A stretch of 64,000 bases of DNA from Gemmatimonadales bacterium. GTDB taxonomy: Bacteria > Gemmatimonadota > Gemmatimonadetes > Gemmatimonadales > GWC2-71-9. The stretch lies in contig JBFJCP010000020.1 in the NCBI GenBank assembly GCA_041615815.1, positions 1 to 64,000 on the forward strand. Reading direction: 5' to 3'. Positions 40,795 through 51,888 of this stretch are shown in pieces. The stretch's first letter is position 1. Each line of letters starts with the position of its first letter. A program made the position numbers and the translations under genes. The notes below the pieces were generated by a model. The model was not told the DNA's origin. It worked only from the letters and a program-made list of their open reading frames with translations, and did no database searches.

Positions 40795-41255
40795 GAGTCC
40801 CTTCCTCGCTGCAACACGAGCACGACGAGCTCCACACGGAGCTGCACGAACTCACCACGATGCCCGGGAGAATCGGTGAGGTCGCGAAACTGGTAGTGCG
40901 AATCCTCCAGCCGCACTTCGTGCGCGAGAACGATTACGCCACACCACCCCTCGGCCTCCTCGAGCGGCTCGCCAACGGCCGCTTTTCCCCCACGATGCGC
41001 GAGGTCCTCCCGCTGGTCGACCGACTGCGGGCCGAGCTTCCGCTCATGCACGACGAGCATCGAGCACTCACCGGTGCGCTGGAAGCCCTCGCCGAAGCTG
41101 CGCGAGACACGAATCAACCGAGGATCGCGGAGTTCGCCGAACGCCTGATGCTCCATGCACGGATGGAGGAGGAAATCCTCTATCCGGCCGCGATCCTGGT
41201 GGGCGAGTATGTCCGGCTTCGCCTCGACGAGAAAGGTCCTGAGCCATGTGCCTAG
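40791..41255 (+). CDS. Hemerythrin-like domain protein
   Basis: EH..LH, HF..E, EH, H..MEEEILYP metal-ligand pattern. Confidence 0.7.
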   Translation: MRVPSSLQHEHDELHTELHELTTMPGRIGEVAKLVVRILQPHFVRENDYATPPLGLLERLANGRFSPTMREVLPLVDRLRAELPLMHDEHRALTGALEALAEAARDTNQPRIAEFAERLMLHARMEEEILYPAAILVGEYVRLRLDEKGPEPCA

Positions 41256-41545
41256 GTATTCCGGGACGCATCGTGGAGATCCAAGAGCGGGACGGTTTGG
41301 CCACGGGCCTGGTGGACTTTGGTGGCGTGCGCCGCGAGGTGTGCCTCGCCTACGTCGCTGACGACGTCGAGGTAGGGGACTACGCGATAGTCCATGTAGG
41401 CTTTGCGATCTCCCTCGTGGACGAGGACGAAGCCCGGCGCACGTTCGAGATCCTCCAGGAAATGAGCCAGCTCGACGAGCTCGAGTGGATGCGCGAGATC
41501 GCTGAGCGAAGCCTCTCGGCCAGGCAGCCAGAGGTTACCCCATGA
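41246..41545 (+). CDS. hypC: Hydrogenase chaperone
   Basis: MCLGIPG, VHVGFAI. Confidence 0.96.
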   Translation: MCLGIPGRIVEIQERDGLATGLVDFGGVRREVCLAYVADDVEVGDYAIVHVGFAISLVDEDEARRTFEILQEMSQLDELEWMREIAERSLSARQPEVTP

Positions 41546-42657
41546 AGTATCTCAGCGAGTATCGTGATCCGGCGTTGGCTCGGACGCTCATCGAGCGCAT
41601 CCGACACACGGCTACCCGGCGTTGGGTTTTGATGGAGGTGTGTGGTGGCCAGACACACACGATCGTGAAGCAGGGCATCAACCAGCTCCTCACGGAGCAG
41701 GTGGAGATGGTGCATGGTCCAGGATGTCCGGTGTGTGTGACACCCCTGGAGCAGATCGACCGGGCGCTGCACTTGGCAAAGGACGCGCGCGTCATTTTCA
41801 CGTCGTTCGGTGATATGCTCCGGGTCCCGGGGAGTGAATGCGACCTGTTTCAGATTCGTGCGCGCGGGGGGGACGTCCGGGTCGTGTACTCACCGCTCGA
41901 TGCCCTGGCGCTCGCTCGGCACCATCCGGATCGCGACGGCGTGTTCTTCGCGGTGGGGTTCGAGACGACGGCTCCGGCCAACGCCATGGCCGTGTGGCAG
42001 GCGCACGTCCAAGGCGTCGAGAACTTCAGCATGTTGGTATCACACGTGACCGTGCCGCCTGCCATGGTCGCCATCCTCGAATCGCCGGACAACCGCGTGC
42101 AGGGATTCCTCGCGGCCGGACACGTCTGCACCGTGATGGGGTGGACGGAATACGAGCCGCTCGCGAAGCGCTACGAGGTGCCCATCGTCGTCACCGGATT
42201 CGAGCCGCTGGATATCCTGGAGGGCATCTACATGGCCGTGTGTCAGCTCGAGGACGGACGGCACGAGGTGGAGAATCAGTACGTGCGCTCCGTCCGACGC
42301 GATGGGAATCAGCCGGCTCAAGAACTCGTGACCCGCGTCTTCGAGCTCGTCGACCGGCCGTGGCGCGGCATTGGCGTCATACCGGGGAGCGGCTTGCGCC
42401 TGCGGCCCGAGTTCTCGGCCTTCGACGCCGAGCGGAAGTTCGGCCTCGCGGGGATTCGCGCTGAAGAACCGTCAGCGTGTCGCGCCGGGGATGTCCTGCG
42501 CGGGAAGCTCAAACCCTTCGAGTGCGCCGCGTTCGGCACGGCCTGCACGCCCGAACATCCGCTCGGGGCACCCATGGTCTCGTCCGAGGGCGCGTGCGCC
42601 GCGTACTACAACTACGGCCGGATGCAGAGCGTGGTCTCCGAGGAGGTGAGCCCATGA
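41542..42657 (+). CDS. hypD: Hydrogenase maturation protein
   Basis: [32 protein letters not shown]. Confidence 0.97.
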   Translation: MKYLSEYRDPALARTLIERIRHTATRRWVLMEVCGGQTHTIVKQGINQLLTEQVEMVHGPGCPVCVTPLEQIDRALHLAKDARVIFTSFGDMLRVPGSECDLFQIRARGGDVRVVYSPLDALALARHHPDRDGVFFAVGFETTAPANAMAVWQAHVQGVENFSMLVSHVTVPPAMVAILESPDNRVQGFLAAGHVCTVMGWTEYEPLAKRYEVPIVVTGFEPLDILEGIYMAVCQLEDGRHEVENQYVRSVRRDGNQPAQELVTRVFELVDRPWRGIGVIPGSGLRLRPEFSAFDAERKFGLAGIRAEEPSACRAGDVLRGKLKPFECAAFGTACTPEHPLGAPMVSSEGACAAYYNYGRMQSVVSEEVSP

Positions 42658-43715
42658 CCAGTGCAACGATTGCTGGCGGGCCGGTCTGCCCCACCCCAGT
42701 GACCGAGACGGAGCGCGTGCTCCTGGGTCACGGGTCCGGCGGGAAGATGAGTGCCCGCCTGGTGCGGGACCGGTTTCTCTCCCGCTTCGCCAGCCCCACG
42801 CTGGAGTTGTTGGGTGACGGCGCCGTCGTGCGCCTCGGGGATGCCGAGCTGGTCGTCTCGACCGACACGTTCGTGGTGAGCCCTCTCGAGTTTCCGGGCG
42901 GGAACATTGGTTCGCTCGCCGTCCACGGGACCGTCAACGACGTCGCCATGATGGGCGCCGAGCCCAAGTATCTCTCTGCCGGGTTCGTGCTGGAGGAAGG
43001 TCTGCTTCTGGATCTCCTCGATCGGATCGTCCACACGATGGCCAATGCCGCCGTCGCCGCCGGGGTGACCCTGGTGGCCGGAGATACCAAGGTCGTGGAG
43101 CGAGGAAAAGCCGACGGCATGTACATCAATACCACGGGATTGGGCGCCGTGCGATCAGATTTTCGACCCGTCCCGACTGCGGCACGACCAGGGGACGCCG
43201 TCTTGGTGAGCGGCCCTCTCGGACGGCATGGCATCGCGGTCATGGCCGCCCGCAACGGCATCGCCTTCGAAACGACCATCGAGAGCGACTCGGCCGCCCT
43301 GAGCCCGCTCGTCGCGGCGCTCCACCAAAGTGTTGGGGCCGCCGTGCACGTCTTGCGCGATCCCACCCGCGGTGGGCTGGCGAGTGCCCTCAATGAGATC
43401 GCGGCCGCGGCGGGGGTGGGCATCGAGCTCGATGAAACCAGCGTCCCCGTGCCCGGCCCCGTCGAGGCGGTGTGCGAGATGCTCGGGTTCGATCCGCTCT
43501 ACGTCGCCAACGAGGGGGTGCTGGTCGCTCTGGTGGAGGCCGAAGCGGCACCGCGGGCGTTGCGTGCTCTCCGCGCTCACCCGTTGGGCGCTGACGCAGC
43601 ACAGATCGGGAAGGTGATCGATCGTCACCCCGGTATCGTTGCCATGAAGACCGCCATCGGGGGCTCCCGAGTCGTCGATATGCTGCCCGGCGACCAACTA
43701 CCACGCATCTGCTGA
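42654..43715 (+). CDS. hypE: Carbamoyl dehydratase
   Basis: [26 protein letters not shown]-terminal LPRIC. Confidence 0.97.
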   Translation: MTSATIAGGPVCPTPVTETERVLLGHGSGGKMSARLVRDRFLSRFASPTLELLGDGAVVRLGDAELVVSTDTFVVSPLEFPGGNIGSLAVHGTVNDVAMMGAEPKYLSAGFVLEEGLLLDLLDRIVHTMANAAVAAGVTLVAGDTKVVERGKADGMYINTTGLGAVRSDFRPVPTAARPGDAVLVSGPLGRHGIAVMAARNGIAFETTIESDSAALSPLVAALHQSVGAAVHVLRDPTRGGLASALNEIAAAAGVGIELDETSVPVPGPVEAVCEMLGFDPLYVANEGVLVALVEAEAAPRALRALRAHPLGADAAQIGKVIDRHPGIVAMKTAIGGSRVVDMLPGDQLPRIC

Positions 43716-43824
43716 GCCGGGCCCGCGGAGCTGCCATTTACCGCGGAGCAGTTCGTCGAAGGCTACTGAGCTTACCATCTCGGGGGCGACATCCGGGGGT
43801 ACCGGTGTCGCAGGCAGGGACCGT

Positions 43825-44730
43825 CTGACCGCTTCGCTGCGCCAGGGGATCTGGCGACTCGCCGATCCCAAGATCTCCCTCGCATCCATGGCTTCCATCT
43901 TCCTCGGCGTGTGCGCCGCCTGGCGAGACGGACCGGTCTCCTTGCTGTGGGTGAGCGTCACGGTCCTCGGGATCTTTGCGATCGAGGTCGCGAAGAACGC
44001 CTCTGGGGAAGTATTCGACTTCGAATCCGGGGCCGACCTCGGTATCGAGGAAGCCGACCGCAGTCCATTCTCTGGTGGAAAGCGCGTGCTGGTGGATGGG
44101 CTCCTCACGAAGCCACAAACGTGGGGAGTGGCCCTGACCGGTTACGCTGTCGGCCTAGGAGCAGGGATCGTCATTGTGCTCCTCCGAGAGCCTAGCGTGC
44201 TCTGGTTGGGCATGGCAGGCGTTGCCGTGGCATTCTTCTATCACGCACCGCCGCTCAAGCTCTCGTACCGGGGGCTCGGGGAGATAGGGGTGGGTCTCGC
44301 ATACGGCCCTTTCATCTGCGGAGGTACCTATCTCGTGCAGCGTGGCAGCCTGCCACTAGAGATCGTGCTGCTCTCGATCCCCCTAGGCTTGCTCATCTCC
44401 GCATTCCTCTGGATCAACGAATTCCCGGACTGCACCGCGGACCAGGCGGCGGGAAAACGGAATCTGGTCGTGCGACTGGGACGCCGGCGTGCGAGCCGTT
44501 GGTTTGCGGGGATCTTGATCGCAGCGTTCGGGTTGCTCGCGGCGGCGGTGGCGTTCGGCCTCCCGCCGTGGGTATTGCTCGGTGGCATGGCCTTGGTCCC
44601 CGCAATCCAGGCCGCGTGGATCGTCCTCCGGCATCCAGAGACGACGTCCGCCATCATCCCGGCGCAAGCGGCCACCTTGCTCGCCTTTCTCTTGATGGCG
44701 TTCGGGTCTGGCGTGGGGGTCCTGCTCTAA
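43825..44730 (+). CDS. UbiA-family prenyltransferase, MenA-like (start uncertain; first ATG at 43888)
   Basis: N..FDF.SG.D, SGG, Y..PP..L.YRGLGE, NEFPD..AD..GK.NL.VRLG. Confidence 0.8.
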   Translation: MTASLRQGIWRLADPKISLASMASIFLGVCAAWRDGPVSLLWVSVTVLGIFAIEVAKNASGEVFDFESGADLGIEEADRSPFSGGKRVLVDGLLTKPQTWGVALTGYAVGLGAGIVIVLLREPSVLWLGMAGVAVAFFYHAPPLKLSYRGLGEIGVGLAYGPFICGGTYLVQRGSLPLEIVLLSIPLGLLISAFLWINEFPDCTADQAAGKRNLVVRLGRRRASRWFAGILIAAFGLLAAAVAFGLPPWVLLGGMALVPAIQAAWIVLRHPETTSAIIPAQAATLLAFLLMAFGSGVGVLL

Positions 44731-44750
44731 TCGATGAGGCGTGCCGATTG

Positions 44751-45773
44751 TCAGTCGAAGAGCCGGCGGATGCTCTCCTGATACGGAGGACGCACGACAC
44801 CTCGGTCCGTCACGATGGCCGCGATGATCTCTGCCGGCGTCACGTCGAAGGCGGGATTGTGCACGGCCGCCCCCGGCGCCGCGTCGACCTCCGCAGCGGA
44901 GCGTTCTTCGATGGGAATGGTTGCACCCGACGCTAGGGAGAGATCGAACGTACTGCGAGGTGCGGCAACGTAGAACGGAATGTCATGAACGTTGGCGAGG
45001 ACCGCGAGCGCATAGGTACCGATCTTGTTCGCGACATCGCCGTTGGCGGCAATGCGGTCCGCGCCCGTGATCACCAAGTCGATCGCCTTTCGGGCCATGA
45101 CGGAAGCAGCGGCGCTGTCGACGATGGATGTCACCGGCACTCCCGCCTTGCTCAGCTCCCACGCCGTGAGTCGCGCACCCTGGCGGAGTGGGCGGGTCTC
45201 GGTCGACACTACCTTGATGCCCTTGCCTTGTTCGTGGGCGGTGTACAACGCCGCGACCGCGGTTCCGATCCCGCCCGTCGCCAATGCACCGGCGTTACAG
45301 TGGGTGAGCACGGTGGCGCCTTGGGGAATCAGCGCAGCGCCGGCGTCGCCCATGGCCCGACACATCTCGGCGTCTTCATCCCAAATGCGCTGCGCCTCGA
45401 GGCGGAGCGCTCGGGCAACGGCGGCCTGATCAGTGGCGTCTGCAAATGCCTGGGCGGCGACATGACGCATGCGGTTCACCGCCCAGACCAGATTCACGGC
45501 CGTGGGACGGGCTTGCGCCATCCGGCCCGCCGCCTCGTCGAACCACGCTACGTTCAGCCCGCCGTCCGCCGCCTGGCGGGCCGCCGCCGCCGCCAGCCCC
45601 ATGGCCGCGGAGATGCCAATCAGGGGCGCGCCACGGACGCGGAGCGCCTTGATGGCTTCGATCATGTCATCAATCGAGTGCACTTCGCGGTGGACCTCCT
45701 GACGGGGCAAGAGGGTTTGATCGAGGAACCGTACCGCGCCGCTGGGAGACCATCCGATGATGTCGAGATTCAT
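44751..45773 (-). CDS. mtnA: S-methyl-5-thioribose-1-phosphate isomerase
   Basis: LDQ..LP, VRGAPLIG, RPTAVNL, THCNAG, ETRP, GADRI, NKIGT. Confidence 0.96.
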   Translation of the reverse strand: MNLDIIGWSPSGAVRFLDQTLLPRQEVHREVHSIDDMIEAIKALRVRGAPLIGISAAMGLAAAAARQAADGGLNVAWFDEAAGRMAQARPTAVNLVWAVNRMRHVAAQAFADATDQAAVARALRLEAQRIWDEDAEMCRAMGDAGAALIPQGATVLTHCNAGALATGGIGTAVAALYTAHEQGKGIKVVSTETRPLRQGARLTAWELSKAGVPVTSIVDSAAASVMARKAIDLVITGADRIAANGDVANKIGTYALAVLANVHDIPFYVAAPRSTFDLSLASGATIPIEERSAAEVDAAPGAAVHNPAFDVTPAEIIAAIVTDRGVVRPPYQESIRRLFD

Positions 45774-45896
45774 GAGGCTCAAGTTACAGCAGGAGCTATG
45801 CCGGGGAAACACGGTCGAGCGCTTTCCCCCGGAAGCGCTTCCAGACGCCATATTGCAGGGGTGCACGCGCGGTCTCCCCGCCTCCGAGAGGTAAAC

Positions 45897-46289
45897 ATGC
45901 GCACTTGGCTGGTCCTCGCTCTGCTCGCTACCTGGCTCCCGATCTTCGTGAGCGCGTGTGGGTCCTCCCAAGGGGAGGACGAGACCCCAGACGTGATTCC
46001 GGTCGTGTTACCGTCCCGCGTGTACGTCACGAACAACAACCAACTCGATATTCGAGTTTTCGCGTTCGACAACACACAGTCGATCCCGTTGGGCGGCGTG
46101 GCGAGCTTCACTACCGAGAGCTTCGAGCTTCCGCGAACCATCGTCGGCCGCGGCCGAGTCCGGATCGCGGCGGATCCCATCGGGAGCACGACCGCTTACA
46201 TCACACCTGTGATCAACTTTTCACCAGGACAGGATATCGAAGTGATCGTGCAGAACAACCTACAACTGTCCACATATTCGCTGCGGTGA
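45897..46289 (+). CDS. Hypothetical lipoprotein
   Basis: GAGGT RBS, signal peptide, lipobox VSAC, beta-rich mature domain. Confidence 0.75.
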   Translation: MRTWLVLALLATWLPIFVSACGSSQGEDETPDVIPVVLPSRVYVTNNNQLDIRVFAFDNTQSIPLGGVASFTTESFELPRTIVGRGRVRIAADPIGSTTAYITPVINFSPGQDIEVIVQNNLQLSTYSLR

Positions 46290-46311
46290 GATCGGGTGGT
46301 GAGGCCGCCGA

Positions 46312-47091
46312 TCAGGCATTCAACGCCGCGAGCACGTCCCCGTGGATCGTGGCGCTGGCCGCGACACAGGACGTCGCCGTGACGGCGCTTTCGCCCGACC
46401 AACCGGTGATGGTGCCACCAGCGCCCTCTATTATAGGAATAAGCGGCAGGAGGTCCCACGGATTCATGATGGGATCGAGCATGACGTCGGCGCCGCCCGA
46501 TACCAACAGCACATAGCCGTAGCAGTCGCCCCACGTGCGCAGGAGCCGGGTCTTGCGTCGCAAGCCGTCGAACCCCTCCCACCGCTGGTGCCGCTCGACA
46601 TTGCCGAGGTCGGTCGTGAGCACGACCGCATCCGCCAGTTGCTTCACCGGTCGGATTCGCGTAGGCGCGTCGTCGAGTCGCGTCTCGCGGCTCGTGCCCA
46701 CACACAGCCGGCCGAGTATGGGGAGGTGAACGACCCCGAGGATGGGGTGACCCTCGCGGAGGAGTCCAATCAAGGTACCGAACAGCGGACAGCCCATCGT
46801 GAACGAGACCGTTCCGTCGATCGGGTCGAGAACCCAGACGAATTCGGCCTGTTCTCTTTCCCGGCCCAACTCTTCACCCACGATGCCGTGGTCCGGGTAG
46901 CGCTTCCGGATCAGGGCCCGCATGACCTCTTCCGCTCGGCGGTCCGCCTCCGTGACGGGTGATGCATCCGTCTTCTCGTCCACACGCAGGTCCGGACGCC
47001 CATAATACCCCCGGATGATTGCCGAGCTCTCCGCCACCAGCGATCCCACGAAGTCGTGCATGTCCGGTGGCACCACCCCTGGAGCCGTCAT
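46312..47091 (-). CDS. Inositol monophosphatase family protein, HisN-like histidinol-phosphatase
   Basis: [28 protein letters not shown]. Confidence 0.85.
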   Translation of the reverse strand: MTAPGVVPPDMHDFVGSLVAESSAIIRGYYGRPDLRVDEKTDASPVTEADRRAEEVMRALIRKRYPDHGIVGEELGREREQAEFVWVLDPIDGTVSFTMGCPLFGTLIGLLREGHPILGVVHLPILGRLCVGTSRETRLDDAPTRIRPVKQLADAVVLTTDLGNVERHQRWEGFDGLRRKTRLLRTWGDCYGYVLLVSGGADVMLDPIMNPWDLLPLIPIIEGAGGTITGWSGESAVTATSCVAASATIHGDVLAALNA

Positions 47092-47558
47092 GCAAGCGCC
47101 TCGGTGGAACCCAGCAAGTGCCGCCGCACGGCCTCTTGGCGGTACCGGAAAATGCGCTCCACCTGTCGACGAACGAAAGGATGCGCGATGTGGCCAATGA
47201 GCCCGAATGGTATTCGATAGCGAACTTCATCCTCGATCACGGTCTCACCATTGGCCTCGTAGAACCGGTGGGTATGGATCCACTCGGCATAGGGTCCCTT
47301 GACCTGCTCGTCGACGAAGAGCTTCGGGGGATCCCACCGTGAAATCCGTGTACGCCAACGCATCGGGAGACCGTAGAGGCGAATAGTGTAGTCGATGAGC
47401 GTTCCCTCCGCGATCTCGATCGGTGGGGGCGTGAGAATCTTGAAATGGAGCTCTGGCGGCGTGATTCGGCCGAGGTTGTCGGCATTCGCGAAGAAGGGAA
47501 ACACGGTGCGCAGGGGAAGGGGCACTCGCATAGCGGTTTCGAAGCGATGCTGTCTCAT
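47088..47558 (-). CDS. SRPBCC family protein
   Basis: FPFF...NL..ITPP, FVDEQ.KGPY..W.H.H.F. Confidence 0.85.
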   Translation of the reverse strand: MRQHRFETAMRVPLPLRTVFPFFANADNLGRITPPELHFKILTPPPIEIAEGTLIDYTIRLYGLPMRWRTRISRWDPPKLFVDEQVKGPYAEWIHTHRFYEANGETVIEDEVRYRIPFGLIGHIAHPFVRRQVERIFRYRQEAVRRHLLGSTEALA

Positions 47559-47562
47559 CCCG

Positions 47563-48081
47563 CTAGCGCACCAACAAGACGATGGCGAGGAGGGGCAGTG
47601 TCACACCGGCGACGAGGACGAGGCCCAGGAGCCCAAGGACGCCCAGCAACGCCCGGCGACTCGCTCTCCGAGTCTCGGACGGATGGGCCAGATGTTGTTC
47701 GAGTAGGGCCACGTTTCTGATGTTGGCTCTCCACCCCACGTCGAAGAGGTCACCTAGAGCGGGCACCGATCCCAGGAGGACATCGAGGGCGATGTTGCCC
47801 AACATGCGCAGCAGTGTGGATGCCGATACACCGAGGCGCCACGCCTCGATCACGATGTACCCGGACGCAAGCCCGCTGAGGACGTCGCCCCAACCTGGGA
47901 CCAACCCTACCACCGCATCCAACCCCACGCGGAAGCGCGTGAACGGAATCTCGAACGCCGCGTCGAGCAGCCGGGCAAGCGCCTCGAGCCGACGGAGTCG
48001 GGCGGGGATATGCCCCTCGCTTCCCTGGTGGTTAGCCGGTGACTGGACGGTGCTGGGCCCAGCATCGCTTGCGGCGATCAT
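47563..48081 (-). CDS. DUF4112 family membrane protein
   Basis: LLD..F.IP..FRVGLD.VGLVPG.GD, GDLFD..WRAN.RN. Confidence 0.85.
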   Translation of the reverse strand: MIAASDAGPSTVQSPANHQGSEGHIPARLRRLEALARLLDAAFEIPFTRFRVGLDAVVGLVPGWGDVLSGLASGYIVIEAWRLGVSASTLLRMLGNIALDVLLGSVPALGDLFDVGWRANIRNVALLEQHLAHPSETRRASRRALLGVLGLLGLVLVAGVTLPLLAIVLLVR

Positions 48082-48327
48082 GGTCGAGCGTCCCCGCGAT
48101 CGTACGTGAACGTGGATGAGCTAGACAAGTTGGCCTGGCAGGACGATGAGGCCAAGAGGCCAGTTCCGCAGGTTGGTGTCAATGTGCTTGGGACCGAATC
48201 TGGACCGCTGAAGGACGTGACCGGGTGCATCCACACATCGCGATGCGCAAGAAAACGCCGCCATCACCGAGACCAACCGCCCGACGACAGCTCGCGCCTT
48301 GTCACCTGCGACGCACACGGGTGAGGC

Positions 48328-48972
48328 TCACCGGCCCCTGTCGAGCGAATCTCCCAGGACGGTGACCAGTGAATCAGGCGCGGGGCGAGGTTCCGCGAAT
48401 CCGTCCTCCTCCCACGATCTGACGAACAACGAATCTGCAGCGCGGTCCACTAGGTCGTCGTCGGTCCAGAATACCCGCTTCCGCTGCACGAGATCGCGCA
48501 CGCCATCACCGGTCACATCCACGAGCGCCGAGCGAATGACGACCTGCCCCGACCCGGTGGAGTAGTTATCCGCGACTCTCACCGGTGGCGCCAGCGCCTG
48601 GTCCTCGGAGAGCACAAACAGATCGATGGCGGACGTCGCGTAGGGACCAGGCACCCGTAGCAGATAGCCACGACGCGCGCGGCCGAGGTTCACCGTGAAC
48701 GTCGCGTAGAAGCCTCCCCGCACCGCCCGCGGATAGAACGGGCGAAGCTCGGGGTCAAACGTGGCCGGTAGTCGTGTACCCCAGAACGAGTCCGCGGGAC
48801 TCACGGGTGAGCGGACGTGAATCTCGTCTCCCTCCCAGACGACCGACAGGCGATCCAGTTCACCGACGAGGCCGGCTGAGCTTTCATCCGCTCCGCTGCA
48901 GCCGGCGAAAACGATCACAAGGCCGAACGCGCGGCACCATCGAGAGCGGCCAGTCCGCGATGAGCTCAACAT
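48328..48972 (-). CDS. Hypothetical lipoprotein
   Basis: Lipobox FAGC; DVTGDGVRD loop; start 2 nt after the upstream stop. Confidence 0.6.
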   Translation of the reverse strand: MLSSSRTGRSRWCRAFGLVIVFAGCSGADESSAGLVGELDRLSVVWEGDEIHVRSPVSPADSFWGTRLPATFDPELRPFYPRAVRGGFYATFTVNLGRARRGYLLRVPGPYATSAIDLFVLSEDQALAPPVRVADNYSTGSGQVVIRSALVDVTGDGVRDLVQRKRVFWTDDDLVDRAADSLFVRSWEEDGFAEPRPAPDSLVTVLGDSLDRGR

Positions 48973-48973
48973 G

Positions 48974-49612
48974 TCAAAAATGAAACTCCTGCACCTCGGG
49001 ATCCCCCAACAGCGCGCTGGTGACGCGATCATGGCGCTTGAGTGATCCCCAGACTTGCCAGGTACACGTCATTTTATCACCGGACTTGGTCTGTCGATGA
49101 CTTCGCACCGACATGCCCAGGTCACGAAACCGCTGCTCCAGCTGTTCGAACTTCCCGGGAATGATGCCGCACACCACCCGGTACGTGCGCATCTCGCTCG
49201 AACGATCGATGGCGTGCTCGAGAATTGGGAAGAGCCAGAGCACGATCAGGGCTGCCCCGAGCGCCACGCCTACGAACGCGTATTGTCCACCCCCGATCCC
49301 CATCCCCAGGGCGGCGACGAGCCAGATGGTGGCCGCGGTGGTCAGTCCCACAACCCGGCCGCCGTCGCGCAAGATGGCCCCAGCTCCGAGAAAGCCGATC
49401 CCGGTGACGACGTTGGCGGCAATCCGGGCAGGATCGCCTTCGCCGGCGAGTTTTGCCGAGAATATGGTGAATAGGGTCGCGCCAACACAGATGAAGATAT
49501 TGGTTCGAAAACCAGCGGCCTTGTCACGGAATTCCCTTTCCGCACCGATGAGGCCGCCCACCAAGACCGCGAGCAGGAGCTTGATCAGATCTTGTAGCTC
49601 AAAGAGGAACAT
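48974..49612 (-). CDS. MgtC/SapB family protein
   Basis: IGAERE..KAAG.RT, DPARIAANVVTGIGFLGAG, GLTTAA.IW. Confidence 0.93.
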   Translation of the reverse strand: MFLFELQDLIKLLLAVLVGGLIGAEREFRDKAAGFRTNIFICVGATLFTIFSAKLAGEGDPARIAANVVTGIGFLGAGAILRDGGRVVGLTTAATIWLVAALGMGIGGGQYAFVGVALGAALIVLWLFPILEHAIDRSSEMRTYRVVCGIIPGKFEQLEQRFRDLGMSVRSHRQTKSGDKMTCTWQVWGSLKRHDRVTSALLGDPEVQEFHF

Positions 49613-49888
49613 GGGTCCTTCCCACGCGTAGCAACCGGAACAAAGCGCGTCGCCAACTTAGGAACGGACCTGGCTGGCGTCCAGCCATCCAGATCGATTC
49701 CCTTCTCCGAGACCCGTGATGTGAGGGTATCCATGCACGCGGCGCCGTGTTGTCAGCTGGCGTGGACGGCTGAGAGGCCAAGCGGCTGGGCCACAGGGCG
49801 TGAACTCACCCACCCGATTCGGGTATCTTTCGACACCGCTTGAGGACCAAGCTCGTTCCGCTTGAACGTCGATACTCGGAGATGGTGT

Positions 49889-51574
49889 ATGCGAGGCATT
49901 CGGTTGGCATCCGCGCTGTCAGTCTCGAGCCTCGTGCTCGTCTCACCTCTCGTCGCGCAAGAACCGGATTCGGTCTCTCTTCCCGCCGCCGTCGCCCGTC
50001 TTCAGGCCCAGGAGTGGGAAGCCGCCGCCAGAATCCTCGAGGCGCTCACGGCCCGTGAGCCGGACAACGCCCGCGCGTGGGCCCTCCTGGGATTTGCGCT
50101 CCACTCCGCTGGCGAGCTGGATCGCGCACTGACGGCGCACCTTCGCGCGACCGAGTTCGAGCAAACGGCTCCCACGGCCACCTACAACGTGGCCATGGTG
50201 TATGCGCGCAAGAACGACACGGACCGGGCCTTCGAATGGCTCCACAAGGCAGAGGTTACGGGCAAAGTGGATTTGACTCAGCTCGGGATCGATCCGGATG
50301 CCGAGTCGTTACGCGATGACCCACGCTATGCGGCCTTGTTTCCATCGCCCGCGGAGTTCGCCGATCCCTTCGTCGAGTCCGTTTCCATCATTCGGGAGTG
50401 GCAGGGCGAAGCTGCGGGAGACGAGTTTGGGTGGATTGCGCGCAATGTCGGGGATGTGGATGGCGACGGTATCCACGACGTGACCACGTCCGCGCCATCG
50501 GCGGCGGCGAACGGCGGTGCCAACGCCGGCAAGGTCTACGTGTTCTCCAGCGTGACGGGCGACTTGCGATGGAAACGCACCGGGGAGCCGGGTCACCGAT
50601 TGGGCCTCGGGATCGAAGCCGCGGGAGACGTGGACGGTGACGGCATCCCGGACGTGATCGCCGGGGCCCCTGGAGGCGGCCGCGCGTACGTCTTCTCGGG
50701 TGAGAACGGCATGGTACTCCACACGTTCGAAGCGGAGGACCCGGGCGATCTCTTTGGCCGCAAAGTGTCCGATCTCGGAGACGTGAACGGCGACGGATAC
50801 GCCGACGTGATCGTCGGTGCGCCCGGCCATGACGGGAGGGGCCAGGATGCCGGACGCGCGTACGTGTATTCGGGGCGAGATGGGTCGCTGCTGCTGACGC
50901 TCGACGGCGAAAAGGCCGGGGACCGATTCGGGAGCGCCGCCGCAGGGCTGGTGGCCAACAACCGGATCTTCATCGTCGTGGGCGCCCCTGGCGCCGGCGG
51001 GGAAGGTCGCGGCCGGACGTACGTGTATACCTCGCTGGCGATCACGCCCGCATTCGTGATCGACGCGGACGATACGGGCGCGAGTCTCGGGGGCATGTTC
51101 GTGTCAGTGGTCGGCGACGTCAATGGTGACGGCATTCAGGACGTCTACGCCTCGGACTGGTCGAACGCAGCGTACGGGCCCACCACCGGACGGATCTACA
51201 TTCATTCGGGGGCAGACGGAACACGCCTCCACACGTTCACCGGTGAAGCTGCCGGGGACGGGTTCGGCATTGGGCCGGCGGACGCCGGCGACGTAGACGG
51301 TGACGGCGCGGCCGATCTCGTCGTGGGGGCGTGGCGGCACGCTGGAGCGGCCCCCATGGGCGGCAAGATCTACGTGTTCTCCGGCCGGGACGGGCGTGTG
51401 CTTCGGACTTACACAGGCAAGGTCTCGGGAGAAACCCTCGGATTCGACGCCACGGGTATGGGTGACGTGAACGGCGACGGCATCAGCGACTTCCTCGTGA
51501 CGTCCGCGTGGAGTGCTGTGAACGGATCCCGATCGGGCCGAATGTACATCGTGTCAGGTGAGCTGCCACGATGA
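49889..51574 (+). CDS. Secreted TPR plus FG-GAP (integrin-alpha-like) repeat protein
   Basis: Signal peptide, N-terminal TPRs, repeated GDV(D/N)GDG..D...GAP..G..YV.SG units. Confidence 0.88.
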   Translation: MRGIRLASALSVSSLVLVSPLVAQEPDSVSLPAAVARLQAQEWEAAARILEALTAREPDNARAWALLGFALHSAGELDRALTAHLRATEFEQTAPTATYNVAMVYARKNDTDRAFEWLHKAEVTGKVDLTQLGIDPDAESLRDDPRYAALFPSPAEFADPFVESVSIIREWQGEAAGDEFGWIARNVGDVDGDGIHDVTTSAPSAAANGGANAGKVYVFSSVTGDLRWKRTGEPGHRLGLGIEAAGDVDGDGIPDVIAGAPGGGRAYVFSGENGMVLHTFEAEDPGDLFGRKVSDLGDVNGDGYADVIVGAPGHDGRGQDAGRAYVYSGRDGSLLLTLDGEKAGDRFGSAAAGLVANNRIFIVVGAPGAGGEGRGRTYVYTSLAITPAFVIDADDTGASLGGMFVSVVGDVNGDGIQDVYASDWSNAAYGPTTGRIYIHSGADGTRLHTFTGEAAGDGFGIGPADAGDVDGDGAADLVVGAWRHAGAAPMGGKIYVFSGRDGRVLRTYTGKVSGETLGFDATGMGDVNGDGISDFLVTSAWSAVNGSRSGRMYIVSGELPR

Positions 51575-51647
51575 GGACGAGGTTCGGGAAACTCACCGCG
51601 GGCGAGGTAGCCGCCCGATCTTCGGCGAATCCGGCGCCACGAGCGTG

Positions 51648-51869
51648 TTACGTGGTCCGTATTTCTTTCAGCACCCGTCGCAGCGTCGCCATGGCCGAGA
51701 AGAGGGCGATGACGATCACCAAGAATCCGATTTGCAGCACCCGCCATTCCAGCGAGAGGTCGCCTTCACCGTGCCAAATGTCGGTAAGCGCCAAGTGGCA
51801 CACGACGACCGCCGCCAGGGCGACGATCCCGAGCAGAAACGATCGCTGCGCACTCGTTCGCAGGGTCAC
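51648..51869 (-). CDS. Small two-TM hypothetical protein
   Basis: AAGGAGG RBS, GTG start, two hydrophobic helices around HLALTDIWHGE. Confidence 0.65.
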   Translation of the reverse strand: MTLRTSAQRSFLLGIVALAAVVVCHLALTDIWHGEGDLSLEWRVLQIGFLVIVIALFSAMATLRRVLKEIRTT

Positions 51870-51888
51870 GATACCTCCTTTGCTCCGA

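Noticed and set aside
50440..51500. Repeated GGCGACGT(G/C)(A/G)ACGG(C/T)GACGG DNA motifs
   Set aside because: Explained by FG-GAP protein repeats
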